From NCBI RefSeq assembly GCF_009914755.1, contig NC_060941.1: DNA of 64,000 nt; one strand, 5' to 3'. Origin of the DNA: the human T2T-CHM13v2.0 reference genome, Homo sapiens. The translations under genes were made by a program, and so were the position numbers. Of the stretch, positions 11,501-26,500 are shown one piece after another. Within the stretch, counting starts at the first letter, position 1; every line of letters begins with the position of its first letter. The notes beneath the pieces are model-generated. The model was not told the DNA's origin. It saw only the letters and a program-made list of their open reading frames with translations, and ran no database searches.

Positions 11501-14500
11501 TGGAATCTGCAAGTGGATATGTGGACCTCTCCGAAGATGTCTTTGGAAACGGGAATATCTTCACATAAAAACTAAACAGAAGCATTCTCAGAAACTTCTC
11601 TGTGATGTTTGTGTTCAACTCCCAGAGTTTCACATTGCTTTTCATAGAGTAGTTCTGAAACATGCTTTTCGTAGTGTCTACAAGTGGACATTTGGAGCGC
11701 TTTCAGGCCTGTGGTGGAAAACGAATTATGGTCACATAAAAACTGGAGAGAAGCATTGTCAGAAACTTCTTTGTGATGATTGCATTCAACTCACAGAGTT
11801 GAAGGTTCCTTTTCAAAGAGCAGTTTCCAATCACTCTTTGTGTGGAATCTGCAAGTGGATATTTGGACCTATTTTGAAGATTTCGTTGGAAACGGGAGAA
11901 TCTTCACAGGAAAGCTAAACAGAAGCATTCTCAGAAACTTCTTTGTGATGCTTGCATTCAACTCACAGAGTTGAACTTTCCTTTCGAGAGAGAAGCTTTG
12001 AAACACTCTTTTTCCAGAATCTGCAAGTGGACATTTGGAGGGCTTTGAGGCCTGTGGTGGAAAAGGAATTATCTTCCCGTAAAAGCTAGATAGAAGCATT
12101 CTCAGAAACTACTTTGTGATGATTGCATTCAAGTCACAGAGTTGAACATTCCCTTTGACAGAGCAGTTTGGAAACTCTCTTTGTGTAGAATCTGCAAGTG
12201 GAGATATGGACCGCTTTGAGGCCTATGGTAGTAAAGGAAATAGCTTCATATAAAAGCTAGACAGTAGCATTCACAGAAAACTCTTGGTGACGACTGAGTT
12301 TAACTCACAGAGCTGAACATTCCTTTGGATGGAGCAGTTTCGAAACACACTATTTGTAGAATGTGCAAGTGGATATTTAGGCCTCTCTGAGGATTTCGTT
12401 GGAAACGGGATAAACCGCACAGAACTAAACAGAAGCATTCTCAGAACCTTCTTCGTGATGTTTGCATTCAACTCACAGTGTTGAACCTTTCTTTGATAGT
12501 TCAGGTTTGAAACGGTCTTTCTGTAGAAACTGCAAGTAGATATTTGGACCTCTCTGAGGATTTCGTTGGAAACGGGATAACCCGCACAGAACTAAAACAG
12601 AAGCATTCTCAGAACCCTCTTCGTGATGTTTGCATTCAACTCACAGTGCTGAACCTTTCTTTGATAGTTCAGCTTTGAAACACTCTTTTTGTAGAAACTG
12701 CAAGTGGATATTTGGTCCTCTCTGAGCATTTCGTTGGAAACGGGATAAACTGCACAGAACTAAACAGAAGCATTCTCAGAACCTTCTTCGTGATGTCTGC
12801 ATTCAACTCACAGTGTGGAACCTTTCTTTGATAGTTCAGGTTTGAAACACTCTTTTTGTAGAAACTGCAAGGGGATAATTGCACTCTTTGAGGAGTACCG
12901 TAGTAAAGGAAATAACTTCCTATAAAAAGAAGACAGAAGCTTTCTCAGAAAATTCTTTGGGATGATTGAGTTGAACTCACAGAGCTGAGCATTCCTTGCG
13001 ATGTAGCAGTTTAGAAACACACTTTCTGCAGAATCTGCAAGTGCATATTTGGACCTCTGTGAGGAATTCGTTGGAAACGGGATAATTTCAGCTGACTAAA
13101 CAGAAGCAGTCTCAGAATCTTCTTTGTGATGTTTGCATTCAAATCCCCGAGTTGAACTTTCCTTTCAAAGTTCACGTTTGAAACACTCTTTTTGCAGGAT
13201 CTACAAGTGGATATTTGGACCACTCTGTGTCCTTCGTTCGAAACGGGTATATCTTCACATGACATCTAGACAGAAGCATCCTCAGAAGCTTCTCTGTGAT
13301 GACTGCATTCAACTCACGGAGTTGAACACTCCTTTTGAGAGCGCAGTTTTGAAACTCTCTTTCTGTGGCATCTGCAAGGGGACATGTAGACCTCTTTGAA
13401 GATTTCGTTGGAAACGGAATCATCTTCACATAAAAACTATACAGATGCATTCTCAGGAACTTTTTGGTGATGTTTGTATTCAACTCCCAGAGTTGAACTT
13501 TCCTTTGGAAAGAGCAGCTATGAAACACTGTTTTTCTAGAATCTGCAAGTGGACGTTTGGAGGGCTTTGTGGTTTGTGGTGGAAAAGGAAATATCTTCAC
13601 CTAAATACTAGATAGAAGCATTCTCAGAAACTGCTTTGTGATGATTGCATTCACCTCACAGAGTTGAACATTCCTATTGATAGAGCAGTTTGGAAACACT
13701 CTTGTTGTGGAATGTGCAAGTGGAGATTTGGAGCGCTTTGAGGCCTATGGTAGTAAAGGGAATAGCTTCATAGAAAAACTAGACAGAAGCATTCTCAGAA
13801 AATACTTTGTGATGATTGAGTTTAACTCACAGAGCTGAACATTCCTTTGGATGGAGCAGGTTTGAGACACACCTTTTGTAGAATCTACAAGTGGATATTT
13901 GGACCTCTCTGAGGATTTCGTTGGAAACGGGATAACTGCACCTAACTAAACGGAAGCATTCTCAGAAACTTCTTGGTGATGTTTGCATTCAAATCCCAGA
14001 GTTGAACCTTCCTTTGATAGTTCAGGTTTGAAACACTCTTTTTGTAGGATCTGCAAGTGGATATTTGGACCACTCTGTGGCCTTCGTTCGAAACGGGTAT
14101 ATCTTCGCATAAAATCTAGACAGAAGCCTTCTCAGAAACTTCTCTGTGATGATTGCATTCAACTCACAGAGTTGAACCCTCCTATGGATAGAGCAGTGTT
14201 GAAACTCTCTTTTTGTGGAATCTGCAAGTGGATATGTGGACCTCTCCGAAGATGTCTTTGGAAACGGGAATATCTTCACATAAAAACTAAACAGAAGCAT
14301 TCTCAGAAACTTCTCTGTGATGTTTGTGTTCAACTCCCAGAGTTTCACATTGCTTTTCATAGAGTAGTTCTGAAACATGCTTTTCGTAGTGTCTACAAGT
14401 GGACATTTGGAGCGCTTTCAGGCCTGTGGTGGAAAACGAATTATGGTCACATAAAAACTGGAGAGAAGCATTGTCAGAAACTTCTTTGTGATGATTGCAT

Positions 14501-17500
14501 TCAACTCACAGAGTTGAAGGTTCCTTTTCAAAGAGCAGTTTCCAATCACTCTTTGTGTGGAATCTGCAAGTGGATATTTGGACCTATTTTGAAGATTTCG
14601 TTGGAAACGGGAGAATCTTCACAGGAAAGCTAAACAGAAGCATTCTCAGAAACTTCTTTGTGATGCTTGCATTCAACTCACAGAGTTGAACTTTCCTTTC
14701 GAGAGAGAAGCTTTGAAACACTCTTTTTCCAGAATCTGCAAGTGGACATTTGGAGGGCTTTGAGGCCTGTGGTGGAAAAGGAATTATCTTCCCGTAAAAG
14801 CTAGATAGAAGCATTCTCAGAAACTACTTTGTGATGATTGCATTCAAGTCACAGAGTTGAACATTCCCTTTGACAGAGCAGTTTGGAAACTCTCTTTGTG
14901 TAGAATCTGCAAGTGGAGATATGGACCGCTTTGAGGCCTATGGTAGTAAAGGAAATAGCTTCATATAAAAGCTAGACAGTAGCATTCACAGAAAACTCTT
15001 GGTGACGACTGAGTTTAACTCACAGAGCTGAACATTCCTTTGGATGGAGCAGTTTCGAAACACACTATTTGTAGAATGTGCAAGTGGATATTTGGGCCTC
15101 TCTGAGGATTTCGTTGGAAACGGGTTAAACCGCACAGAACTAAACAGAAGCATTCTCAGAACCTTCTTCGTGATGTTTGCATTCAACTCACAGTGTTGAA
15201 CCTTTCTTTGATAGTTCAGGTTTGAAACGGTCTTTCTGCAGAAACTGCAAGTAGATATTTGGACCTCTCTGAGGATTTCGTTGGAAACGGGATAACCCGC
15301 ACAGAACTAAAACAGAAGCATTCTCAGAACCCTCTTGGTGATGTTTGCATTCAACTCACAGTGCTGAACCTTTCTTTGATAGTTCAGCTTTGAAACACTC
15401 TTTTTGTAGAAAGTGCAAGTGGATATTTGGTCCTCTCTGAGGATTTCGTTGGAAACGGGATAAACTGCACAGAACTAAACAGAAGCATTCTCAGAACCTT
15501 CTTCGTGATGTCTGCATTCAACTCACAGTGTGGAACCTTTCTTTGATAGTTCAGGTTTGAAACACTCTTTTTGTAGAAACTGCAAGGGGATAATTGCACT
15601 CTTTGAGGAGTACCGTAGTAAAGGAAATAACTTCCTATAAAAAGAAGACAGAAGCTTTCTCAGAAAATTCTTTGGGATGATTGAGTTGAACTCACAGAGC
15701 TGAGCATTCCTTGCGATGTAGCAGTTTAGAAACACACTTTCTGCAGAATCTGCAAGTGCATATTTGGACCTCTGTGAGGAATTCGTTGGAAACGGGATAA
15801 TTTCAGCTGACTAAACAGAAGCAGTCTCAGAATCTTCTTTGTGATGTTTGCATTCAAATCCCCGAGTTGAACTTTCCTTTCAAAGTTCACGTTTGAAACA
15901 CTCTTTTTGCAGGATCTACAAGTGGATATTTGGACCACTCTGTGTCCTTCGTTCGAAACGGGTATATCTTCACATGACATCTAGACAGAAGCATCCTCAG
16001 AAGCTTCTCTGTGATGACTGCATTCAACTCACGGAGTTGAACACTCCTTTTGAGAGCGCAGTTTTGAAACTCTCTTTCTGTGGCATCTGCAAGGGGACAT
16101 GTAGACCTCTTTGAAGATTTCGTTGGAAACGGAATCATCTTCACATAAAAACTATACAGATGCATTCTCAGGAACTTTTTGGTGATGTTTGTATTCAACT
16201 CCCAGAGTTGAACTTTCCTTTGGAAAGAGCAGCTATGAAACACTGTTTTTCTAGAATCTGCAAGTGGACGTTTGGAGGGCTTTGTGGTTTGTGGTGGAAA
16301 AGGAAATATCTTCACCTAAATACTAGATAGAAGCATTCTCAGAAACTGCTTTGTGATGATTGCATTCACCTCACAGAGTTGAACATTCCTATTGATAGAG
16401 CAGTTTGGAAACACTCTTGTTGTGGAATGTGCAAGTGGAGATTTGGAGCGCTTTGAGGCCTATGGTAGTAAAGGGAATAGCTTCATAGAAAAACTAGACA
16501 GAAGCATTCTCAGAAAATACTTTGTGATGATTGAGTTTAACTCACAGAGCTGAACATTCCTTTGGATGGAGCAGGTTTGAGACACACTTTTTGTAGAATC
16601 TACAAGTGGATATTTGGACCTCTCTGAGGATTTCGTTGGAAACGGGATAACTGCACCTAACTAAACGGAAGCATTCTCAGAAACTTCTTGGTGATGTTTG
16701 CATTCAAATCCCAGAGTTGAACCTTCCTTTGATAGTTCAGGTTTGAAACACTCTTTTTGTAGGATCTGCAAGTGGATATTTGGACCACTCTGTGGCCTTC
16801 GTTCGAAACGGGTATATCTTCGCATAAAATCTAGACAGAAGCCTTCTCAGAAACTTCTCTGTGATGATTGCATTCAACTCACAGAGTTGAACCCTCCTAT
16901 GGATAGAGCAGTGTTGAAACTCTCTTTTTGTGGAATCTGCAAGTGGATATGTGGACCTCTCCGAAGATGTCTTTGGAAACGGGAATATCTTCACATAAAA
17001 ACTAAACAGAAGCATTCTCAGAAACTTCTCTGTGATGTTTGTGTTCAACTCCCAGAGTTTCACATTGCTTTTCATAGAGTAGTTCTGAAACATGCTTTTC
17101 GTAGTGTCTCCAAGTGGACATTTGGAGCGCTTTCAGGCCTGTGGTGGAAAACGAATTATGGTCACATAAAAACTGGAGAGAAGCATTGTCAGAAACTTCT
17201 TTGTGATGATTGCATTCAACTCACAGAGTTGAAGGTTCCTTTTCAAAGAGCAGTTTCCAATCACTCTTTCTGTGGAATCTGCAAGTGGATATTTGGACCT
17301 ATTTTGAAGATTTCGTTGGAAACGGGAGAATCTTCACAGGAAAGCTAAACAGAAGCATTCTCAGAAACTTCTTTGTGATGCTTGCATTCAACTCACAGAG
17401 TTGAACTTTCCTTTCGAGAGAGAAGCTTTGAAACACTCTTTTTCCAGAATCTGCAAGTGGACATTTGGAGGGCTTTGAGGCCTGTGGTGGAAAAGGAATT

Positions 17501-20500
17501 ATCTTCCCGTAAAAGCTAGATAGAAGCATTCTCAGAAACTACTTTGTGATGATTGCATTCAAGTCACAGAGTTGAACATTCCCTTTGACAGAGCAGTTTG
17601 GAAACTCTCTTTGTGTAGAATCTGCAAGTGGAGATATGGACCGCTTTGAGGCCTATGGTAGTAAAGGAAATAGCTTCATATAAAAGCTAGACAGTAGCAT
17701 TCACAGAAAACTCTTGGTGACGACTGAGTTTAACTCACAGAGCTGAACATTCCTTTGGATGGAGCAGTTTCGAAACACACTATTTGTAGAATGTGCAAGT
17801 GGATATTTAGGCCTCTCTGAGGATTTCGTTGGAAACGGGATAAACCGCACAGAACTAAACAGAAGCATTCTCAGAACCTTCTTCGTGATGTTTGCATTCA
17901 ACTCACAGTGTTGAACCTTTCTTTGATAGTTCAGGTTTGAAACGGTCTTTCTGTAGAAACTGCAAGTAGATATTTGGACCTCTCTGAGGATTTCGTTGGA
18001 AACGGGATAACCCGCACAGAACTAAAACAGAAGCATTCTCAGAACCCTCTTCGTGATGTTTGCATTCAACTCACAGTGCTGAACCTTTCTTTGATAGTTC
18101 AGCTTTGAAACACTCTTTTTGTAGAAACTGCAAGTGGATATTTGGTCCTCTCTGAGGATTTCGTTGGAAACGGGATAAACTGCACAGAACTAAACAGAAG
18201 CATTCTCAGAACCTTCTTCGTGATGTCTGCATTCAACTCACAGTGTGGAACCTTTCTTTGATAGTTCAGGTTTGAAACACTCTTTTTGTAGAAACTGCAA
18301 GGGGATAATTGCACTCTTTGAGGAGTACCGTAGTAAAGGAAATAACTTCCTATAAAAAGAAGACAGAAGCTTTCTCAGAAAATTCTTTGGGATGATTGAG
18401 TTGAACTCACAGAGCTGAGCATTCCTTGCGATGTAGCAGTTTAGAAACACACTTTCTGCAGAATCTGCAAGTGCATATTTGGACCTCTGTGAGGAATTCG
18501 TTGGAAACGGGATAATTTCAGCTGACTAAACAGAAGCAGTCTCAGAATCTTCTTTGTGATGTTTGCATTCAAATCCCCGAGTTGAACTTTCCTTTCAAAG
18601 TTCACGTTTGAAACACTCTTTTTGCAGGATCTACAAGTGGATATTTGGACCACTCTGTGTCCTTCGTTCGAAACGGGTATATCTTCACATGACATCTAGA
18701 CAGAAGCATCCTCAGAAGCTTCTCTGTGATGACTGCATTCAACTCACGGAGTTGAACACTCCTTTTGAGAGCGCAGTTTTGAAACTCTCTTTCTGTGGCA
18801 TCTGCAAGGGGACATGTAGACCTCTTTGAAGATTTCGTTGGAAACGGAATCATCTTCACATAAAAACTATACAGATGCATTCTCAGGAACTTTTTGGTGA
18901 TGTTTGTATTCAACTCCCAGAGTTGAACTTTCCTTTGGAAAGAGCAGCTATGAAACACTGTTTTTCTAGAATCTGCAAGTGGACGTTTGGAGGGCTTTGT
19001 GGTTTGTGGTGGAAAAGGAAATATCTTCACCTAAATACTAGATAGAAGCATTCTCAGAAACTGCTTTGTGATGATTGCATTCACCTCACAGAGTTGAACA
19101 TTCCTATTGATAGAGCAGTTTGGAAACACTCTTGTTGTGGAATGTGCAAGTGGAGATTTGGAGCGCTTTGAGGCCTATGGTAGTAAAGGGAATAGCTTCA
19201 TAGAAAAACTAGACAGAAGCATTCTCAGAAAATACTTTGTGATGATTGAGTTTAACTCACAGAGCTGAACATTCCTTTGGATGGAGCAGGTTTGAGACAC
19301 ACCTTTTGTAGAATCTACAAGTGGATATTTGGACCTCTCTGAGGATTTCGTTGGAAACGGGATAACTGCACCTAACTAAACGGAAGCATTCTCAGAAACT
19401 TCTTGGTGATGTTTGCATTCAAATCCCAGAGTTGAACCTTCCTTTGATAGTTCAGGTTTGAAACACTCTTTTTGTAGGATCTGCAAGTGGATATTTGGAC
19501 CACTCTGTGGCCTTCGTTCGAAACGGGTATATCTTCGCATAAAATCTAGACAGAAGCCTTCTCAGAAACTTCTCTGTGATGATTGCATTCAACTCACAGA
19601 GTTGAACCCTCCTATGGATAGAGCAGTGTTGAAACTCTCTTTTTGTGGAATCTGCAAGTGGATATGTGGACCTCTCCGAAGATGTCTTTGGAAACGGGAA
19701 TATCTTCACATAAAAACTAAACAGAAGCATTCTCAGAAACTTCTCTGTGATGTTTGTGTTCAACTCCCAGAGTTTCACATTGCTTTTCATAGAGTAGTTC
19801 TGAAACATGCTTTTCGTAGTGTCTACAAGTGGACATTTGGAGCGCTTTCAGGCCTGTGGTGGAAAACGAATTATGGTCACATAAAAACTGGAGAGAAGCA
19901 TTGTCAGAAACTTCTTTGTGATGATTGCATTCAACTCACAGAGTTGAAGGTTCCTTTTCAAAGAGCAGTTTCCAATCACTCTTTGTGTGGAATCTGCAAG
20001 TGGATATTTGGACCTATTTTGAAGATTTCGTTGGAAACGGGAGAATCTTCACAGGAAAGCTAAACAGAAGTATTCTCAGAAACTTCTTTGTGATGCTTGC
20101 ATTCAACTCACAGAGTTGAACTTTCCTTTCGAGAGAGAAGCTTTGAAACACTCTTTTTCCAGAATCTGCAAGTGGACATTTGGAGGGCTTTGAGGCCTGT
20201 GGTGGAAAAGGAATTATCTTCCCGTAAAAGCTAGATAGAAGCATTCTCAGAAACTACTTTGTGATGATTGCATTCAAGTCACAGAGTTGAACATTCCCTT
20301 TGACAGAGCAGTTTGGAAACTCTCTTTGTGTAGAATCTGCAAGTGGAGATATGGACCGCTTTGAGGCCTATGGTAGTAAAGGAAATAGCTTCATATAAAA
20401 GCTAGACAGTAGCATTCACAGAAAACTCTTGGTGACGACTGAGTTTAACTCACAGAGCTGAACATTCCTTTGGATGGAGCAGTTTCGAAACACACTATTT

Positions 20501-23500
20501 GTAGAATGTGCAAGTGGATATTTAGGCCTCTCTGAGGATTTCGTTGGAAACGGGATAAACCGCACAGAACTAAACAGAAGCATTCTCAGAACCTTCTTCG
20601 TGATGTTTGCATTCAACTCACAGTGCTGAACCTTTCTTTGATAGTTCAGCTTTGAAACACTCTTTTTGTAGAAACTGCAAGTGGATATTTGGACCTCTCT
20701 GAGGATTTCGTTGGAAACGGGATAACCCGCACAGAACTAAAACAGAAGCATTCTCAGAACCCTCTTCGTGATGTTTGCATTCAACTCACAGTGCTGAACC
20801 TTTCTTTGATAGTTCAGCTTTGAAACACTCTTTTTGTAGAAACTGCAAGTGGATATTTGGTCCTCTCTGAGCATTTCGTTGGAAACGGGATAAACTGCAC
20901 AGAACTAAACAGAAGCATTCTCAGAACCTTCTTCGTGATGTCTGCATTCAACTCACAGTGTGGAACCTTTCTTTGATAGTTCAGGTTTGAAACACTCTTT
21001 TTGTAGAAACTGCAAGGGGATAATTGCACTCTTTGAGGAGTACCGTAGTAAAGGAAATAACTTCCTATAAAAAGAAGACAGAAGCTTTCTCAGAAAATTC
21101 TTTGGGATGATTGAGTTGAACTCACAGAGCTGAGCATTCCTTGCGATGTAGCAGTTTAGAAACACACTTTCTGCAGAATCTGCAAGTGCATATTTGGACC
21201 TCTGTGAGGAATTCGTTGGAAACGGGATAATTTCAGCTGACTAAACAGAAGCAGTCTCAGAATCTTCTTTGTGATGTTTGCATTCAAATCCCCGAGTTGA
21301 ACTTTCCTTTCAAAGTTCACGTTTGAAACACTCTTTTTGCAGGATCTACAAGTGGATATTTGGACCACTCTGTGTCCTTCGTTCGAAACGGGTATATCTT
21401 CACATGACATCTAGACAGAAGCATCCTCAGAAGCTTCTCTGTGATGACTGCATTCAACTCACGGAGTTGAACACTCCTTTTCAGAGCGCAGTTTTGAAAC
21501 TCTCTTTCTGTGGCATCTGCAAGGGGACATGTAGACCTCTTTGAAGATTTCGTTGGAAACGGAATCATCTTCACATAAAAACTATACAGATGCATTCTCA
21601 GGAACTTTTTGGTGATGTTTGTATTCAACTCCCAGAGTTGAACTTTCCTTTGGAAAGAGCAGCTATGAAACACTGTTTTTCTAGAATCTGCAAGTGGACG
21701 TTTGGAGGGCTTTGTGGTTTGTGGTGGAAAAGGAAATATCTTCACCTAAATACTAGATAGAAGCATTCTCAGAAACTGCTTTGTGATGATTGCATTCACC
21801 TCACAGAGTTGAACATTCCTATTGATAGAGCAGTTTGGAAACACTCTTGTTGTGGAATGTGCAAGTGGAGATTTGGAGCGCTTTGAGGCCTATGGTAGTA
21901 AAGGGAATAGCTTCATAGAAAAACTAGACAGAAGCATTCTCAGAAAATACTTTGTGATGATTGAGTTTAACTCACAGAGCTGAACATTCCTTTGGATGGA
22001 GCAGGTTTGAGACACACTTTTTGTAGAATCTACAAGTGGATATTTGGACCTCTCTGAGGATTTCGTTGGAAACGGGATAACTGCACCTAACTAAACGGAA
22101 GCATTCTCAGAAACTTCTTGGTGATGTTTGCATTCAAATCCCAGAGTTGAACCTTCCTTTGATAGTTCAGGTTTGAAACACTCTTTTTGTAGGATCTGCA
22201 AGTGGATATTTGGACCACTCTGTGGCCTTCGTTCGAAACGGGTATATCTTCGCATAAAATCTAGACAGAAGCCTTCTCAGAAACTTCTCTGTGATGATTG
22301 CATTCAACTCACAGAGTTGAACCCTCCTATGGATAGAGCAGTGTTGAAACTCTCTTTTTGTGGAATCTGCAAGTGGATATGTGGACCTCTCCGAAGATGT
22401 CTTTGGAAACGGGAATATCTTCACATAAAAACTAAACAGAAGCATTCTCAGAAACTTCTCTGTGATGTTTGTGTTCAACTCCCAGAGTTTCACATTGCTT
22501 TTCATAGAGTAGTTCTGAAACATGCTTTTCGTAGTGTCTACAAGTGGACATTTGGAGCGCTTTCAGGCCTGTGGTGGAAAACGAATTATGGTCACATAAA
22601 AACTGGAGAGAAGCATTGTCAGAAACTTCTTTGTGATGATTGCATTCAACTCACAGAGTTGAAGGTTCCTTTTCAAAGAGCAGTTTCCAATCACTCTTTC
22701 TGTGGAATCTGCAAGTGGATATTTGGACCTATTTTGAAGATTTCGTTGGAAACGGGAGAATCTTCACAGGAAAGCTAAACAGAAGCATTCTCAGAAACTT
22801 CTTTGTGATGCTTGCATTCAACTCACAGAGTTGAACTTTCCTTTCGAGAGAGAAGCTTTGAAACACTCTTTTTCCAGAATCTGCAAGTGGACATTTGGAG
22901 GGCTTTGAGGCCTGTGGTGGAAAAGGAATTATCTTCCCGTAAAAGCTAGATAGAAGCATTCTCAGAAACTACTTTGTGATGATTGCATTCAAGTCACAGA
23001 GTTGAACATTCCCTTTGACAGAGCAGTTTGGAAACTCTCTTTGTGTAGAATCTGCAAGTGGAGATATGGACCGCTTTGAGGCCTATGGTAGTAAAGGAAA
23101 TAGCTTCATATAAAAGCTAGACAGTAGCATTCACAGAAAACTCTTGGTGACGACTGAGTTTAACTCACAGAGCTGAACATTCCTTTGGATGGAGCAGTTT
23201 CGAAACACACTATTTGTAGAATGTGCAAGTGGATATTTAGGCCTCTCTGAGGATTTCGTTGGAAACGGGATAAACCGCACAGAACTAAACAGAAGCATTC
23301 TCAGAACCTTCTTCGTGATGTTTGCATTCAACTCACAGTGTTGAACCTTTCTTTGATAGTTCAGGTTTGAAACGGTCTTTCTGCAGAAACTGCAAGTAGA
23401 TATTTGGACCTCTCTGAGGATTTCGTTGGAAACGGGATAACCCGCACAGAACTAAAACAGAAGCATTCTCAGAACCCTCTTCGTGATGTTTGCATTCAAC

Positions 23501-26500
23501 TCACAGTGCTGAACCTTTCTTTGATAGTTCAGCTTTGAAACACTCTTTTTGTAGAAACTGCAAGTGGATATTTGGTCCTCTCTGAGCATTTCGTTGGAAA
23601 CGGGATAAACTGCACAGAACTAAACAGAAGCATTCTCAGAACCTTCTTCGTGATGTCTGCATTCAACTCACAGTGTGGAACCTTTCTTTGATAGTTCAGG
23701 TTTGAAACACTCTTTTTGTAGAAACTGCAAGGGGATAATTGCACTCTTTGAGGAGTACCGTAGTAAAGGAAATAACTTCCTATAAAAAGAAGACAGAAGC
23801 TTTCTCAGAAAATTCTTTGGGATGATTGAGTTGAACTCACAGAGCTGAGCATTCCTTGCGATGTAGCAGTTTAGAAACACACTTTCTGCAGAATCTGCAA
23901 GTGCATATTTGGACCTCTGTGAGGAATTCGTTGGAAACGGGATAATTTCAGCTGACTAAACAGAAGCAGTCTCAGAATCTTCTTTGTGATGTTTGCATTC
24001 AAATCCCCGAGTTGAACTTTCCTTTCAAAGTTCACGTTTGAAACACTCTTTTTGCAGGATCTACAAGTGGATATTTGGACCACTCTGTGTCCTTCGTTCG
24101 AAACGGGTATATCTTCACATGACATCTAGACAGAAGCATCCTCAGAAGCTTCTCTGTGATGACTGCATTCAACTCACGGAGTTGAACACTCCTTTTGAGA
24201 GCGCAGTTTTGAAACTCTCTTTCTGTGGCATCTGCAAGGGGACATGTAGACCTCTTTGAAGATTTCGTTGGAAACGGAATCATCTTCACATAAAAACTAT
24301 ACAGATGCATTCTCAGGAACTTTTTGGTGATGTTTGTATTCAACTCCCAGAGTTGAACTTTCCTTTGGAAAGAGCAGCTATGAAACACTGTTTTTCTAGA
24401 ATCTGCAAGTGGACGTTTGGAGGGCTTTGTGGTTTGTGGTGGAAAAGGAAATATCTTCACCTAAATACTAGATAGAAGCATTCTCAGAAACTGCTTTGTG
24501 ATGATTGCATTCACCTCACAGAGTTGAACATTCCTATTGATAGAGCAGTTTGGAAACACTCTTGTTGTGGAATGTGCAAGTGGAGATTTGGAGCGCTTTG
24601 AGGCCTATGGTAGTAAAGGGAATAGCTTCATAGAAAAACTAGACAGAAGCATTCTCAGAAAATACTTTGTGATGATTGAGTTTAACTCACAGAGCTGAAC
24701 ATTCCTTTGGATGGAGCAGGTTTGAGACACACCTTTTGTAGAATCTACAAGTGGATATTTGGACCTCTCTGAGGATTTCGTTGGAAACGGGATAACTGCA
24801 CCTAACTAAACGGAAGCATTCTCAGAAACTTCTTGGTGATGTTTGCATTCAAATCCCAGAGTTGAACCTTCCTTTGATAGTTCAGGTTTGAAACACTCTT
24901 TTTGTAGGATCTGCAAGTGGATATTTGGACCACTCTGTGGCCTTCGTTCGAAACGGGTATATCTTCGCATAAAATCTAGACAGAAGCCTTCTCAGAAACT
25001 TCTCTGTGATGATTGCATTCAACTCACAGAGTTGAACCCTCCTATGGATAGAGCAGTGTTGAAACTCTCTTTTTGTGGAATCTGCAAGTGGATATGTGGA
25101 CCTCTCCGAAGATGTCTTTGGAAACGGGAATATCTTCACATAAAAACTAAACAGAAGCATTCTCAGAAACTTCTCTGTGATGTTTGTGTTCAACTCCCAG
25201 AGTTTCACATTGCTTTTCATAGAGTAGTTCTGAAACATGCTTTTCGTAGTGTCTACAAGTGGACATTTGGAGCGCTTTCAGGCCTGTGGTGGAAAACGAA
25301 TTATGGTCACATAAAAACTGGAGAGAAGCATTGTCAGAAACTTCTTTGTGATGATTGCATTCAACTCACAGAGTTGAAGGTTCCTTTTCAAAGAGCAGTT
25401 TCCAATCACTCTTTGTGTGGAATCTGCAAGTGGATATTTGGACCTATTTTGAAGATTTCGTTGGAAACGGGAGAATCTTCACAGGAAAGCTAAACAGAAG
25501 CATTCTCAGAAACTTCTTTGTGATGCTTGCATTCAACTCACAGAGTTGAACTTTCCTTTCGAGAGAGAAGCTTTGAAACACTCTTTTTCCAGAATCTGCA
25601 AGTGGACATTTGGAGGGCTTTGAGGCCTGTGGTGGAAAAGGAATTATCTTCCCGTAAAAGCTAGATAGAAGCATTCTCAGAAACTACTTTGTGATGATTG
25701 CATTCAAGTCACAGAGTTGAACATTCCCTTTGACAGAGCAGTTTGGAAACTCTCTTTGTGTAGAATCTGCAAGTGGAGATATGGACCGCTTTGAGGCCTA
25801 TGGTAGTAAAGGAAATAGCTTCATATAAAAGCTAGACAGTAGCATTCACAGAAAACTCTTGGTGACGACTGAGTTTAACTCACAGAGCTGAACATTCCTT
25901 TGGATGGAGCAGTTTCGAAACACACTATTTGTAGAATGTGCAAGTGGATATTTAGGCCTCTCTGAGGATTTCGTTGGAAACGGGTTAAACCGCACAGAAC
26001 TAAACAGAAGCATTCTCAGAACCTTCTTCGTGATGTTTGCATTCAACTCACAGTGTTGAACCTTTCTTTGATAGTTCAGGTTTGAAACGGTCTTTCTGCA
26101 GAAACTGCAAGTAGATATTTGGACCTCTCTGAGGATTTCGTTGGAAACGGGATAACCCGCACAGAACTAAAACAGAAGCATTCTCAGAACCCTCTTGGTG
26201 ATGTTTGCATTCAACTCACAGTGCTGAACCTTTCTTTGATAGTTCAGCTTTGAAACACTCTTTTTGTAGAAACTGCAAGTGGATATTTGGTCCTCTCTGA
26301 GGATTTCGTTGGAAACGGGATAAACTGCACAGAACTAAACAGAAGCATTCTCAGAACCTTCTTCGTGATGTCTGCATTCAACTCACAGTGTGGAACCTTT
26401 CTTTGATAGTTCAGGTTTGAAACACTCTTTTTGTAGAAACTGCAAGGGGATAATTGCACTCTTTGAGGAGTACCGTAGTAAAGGAAATAACTTCCTATAA

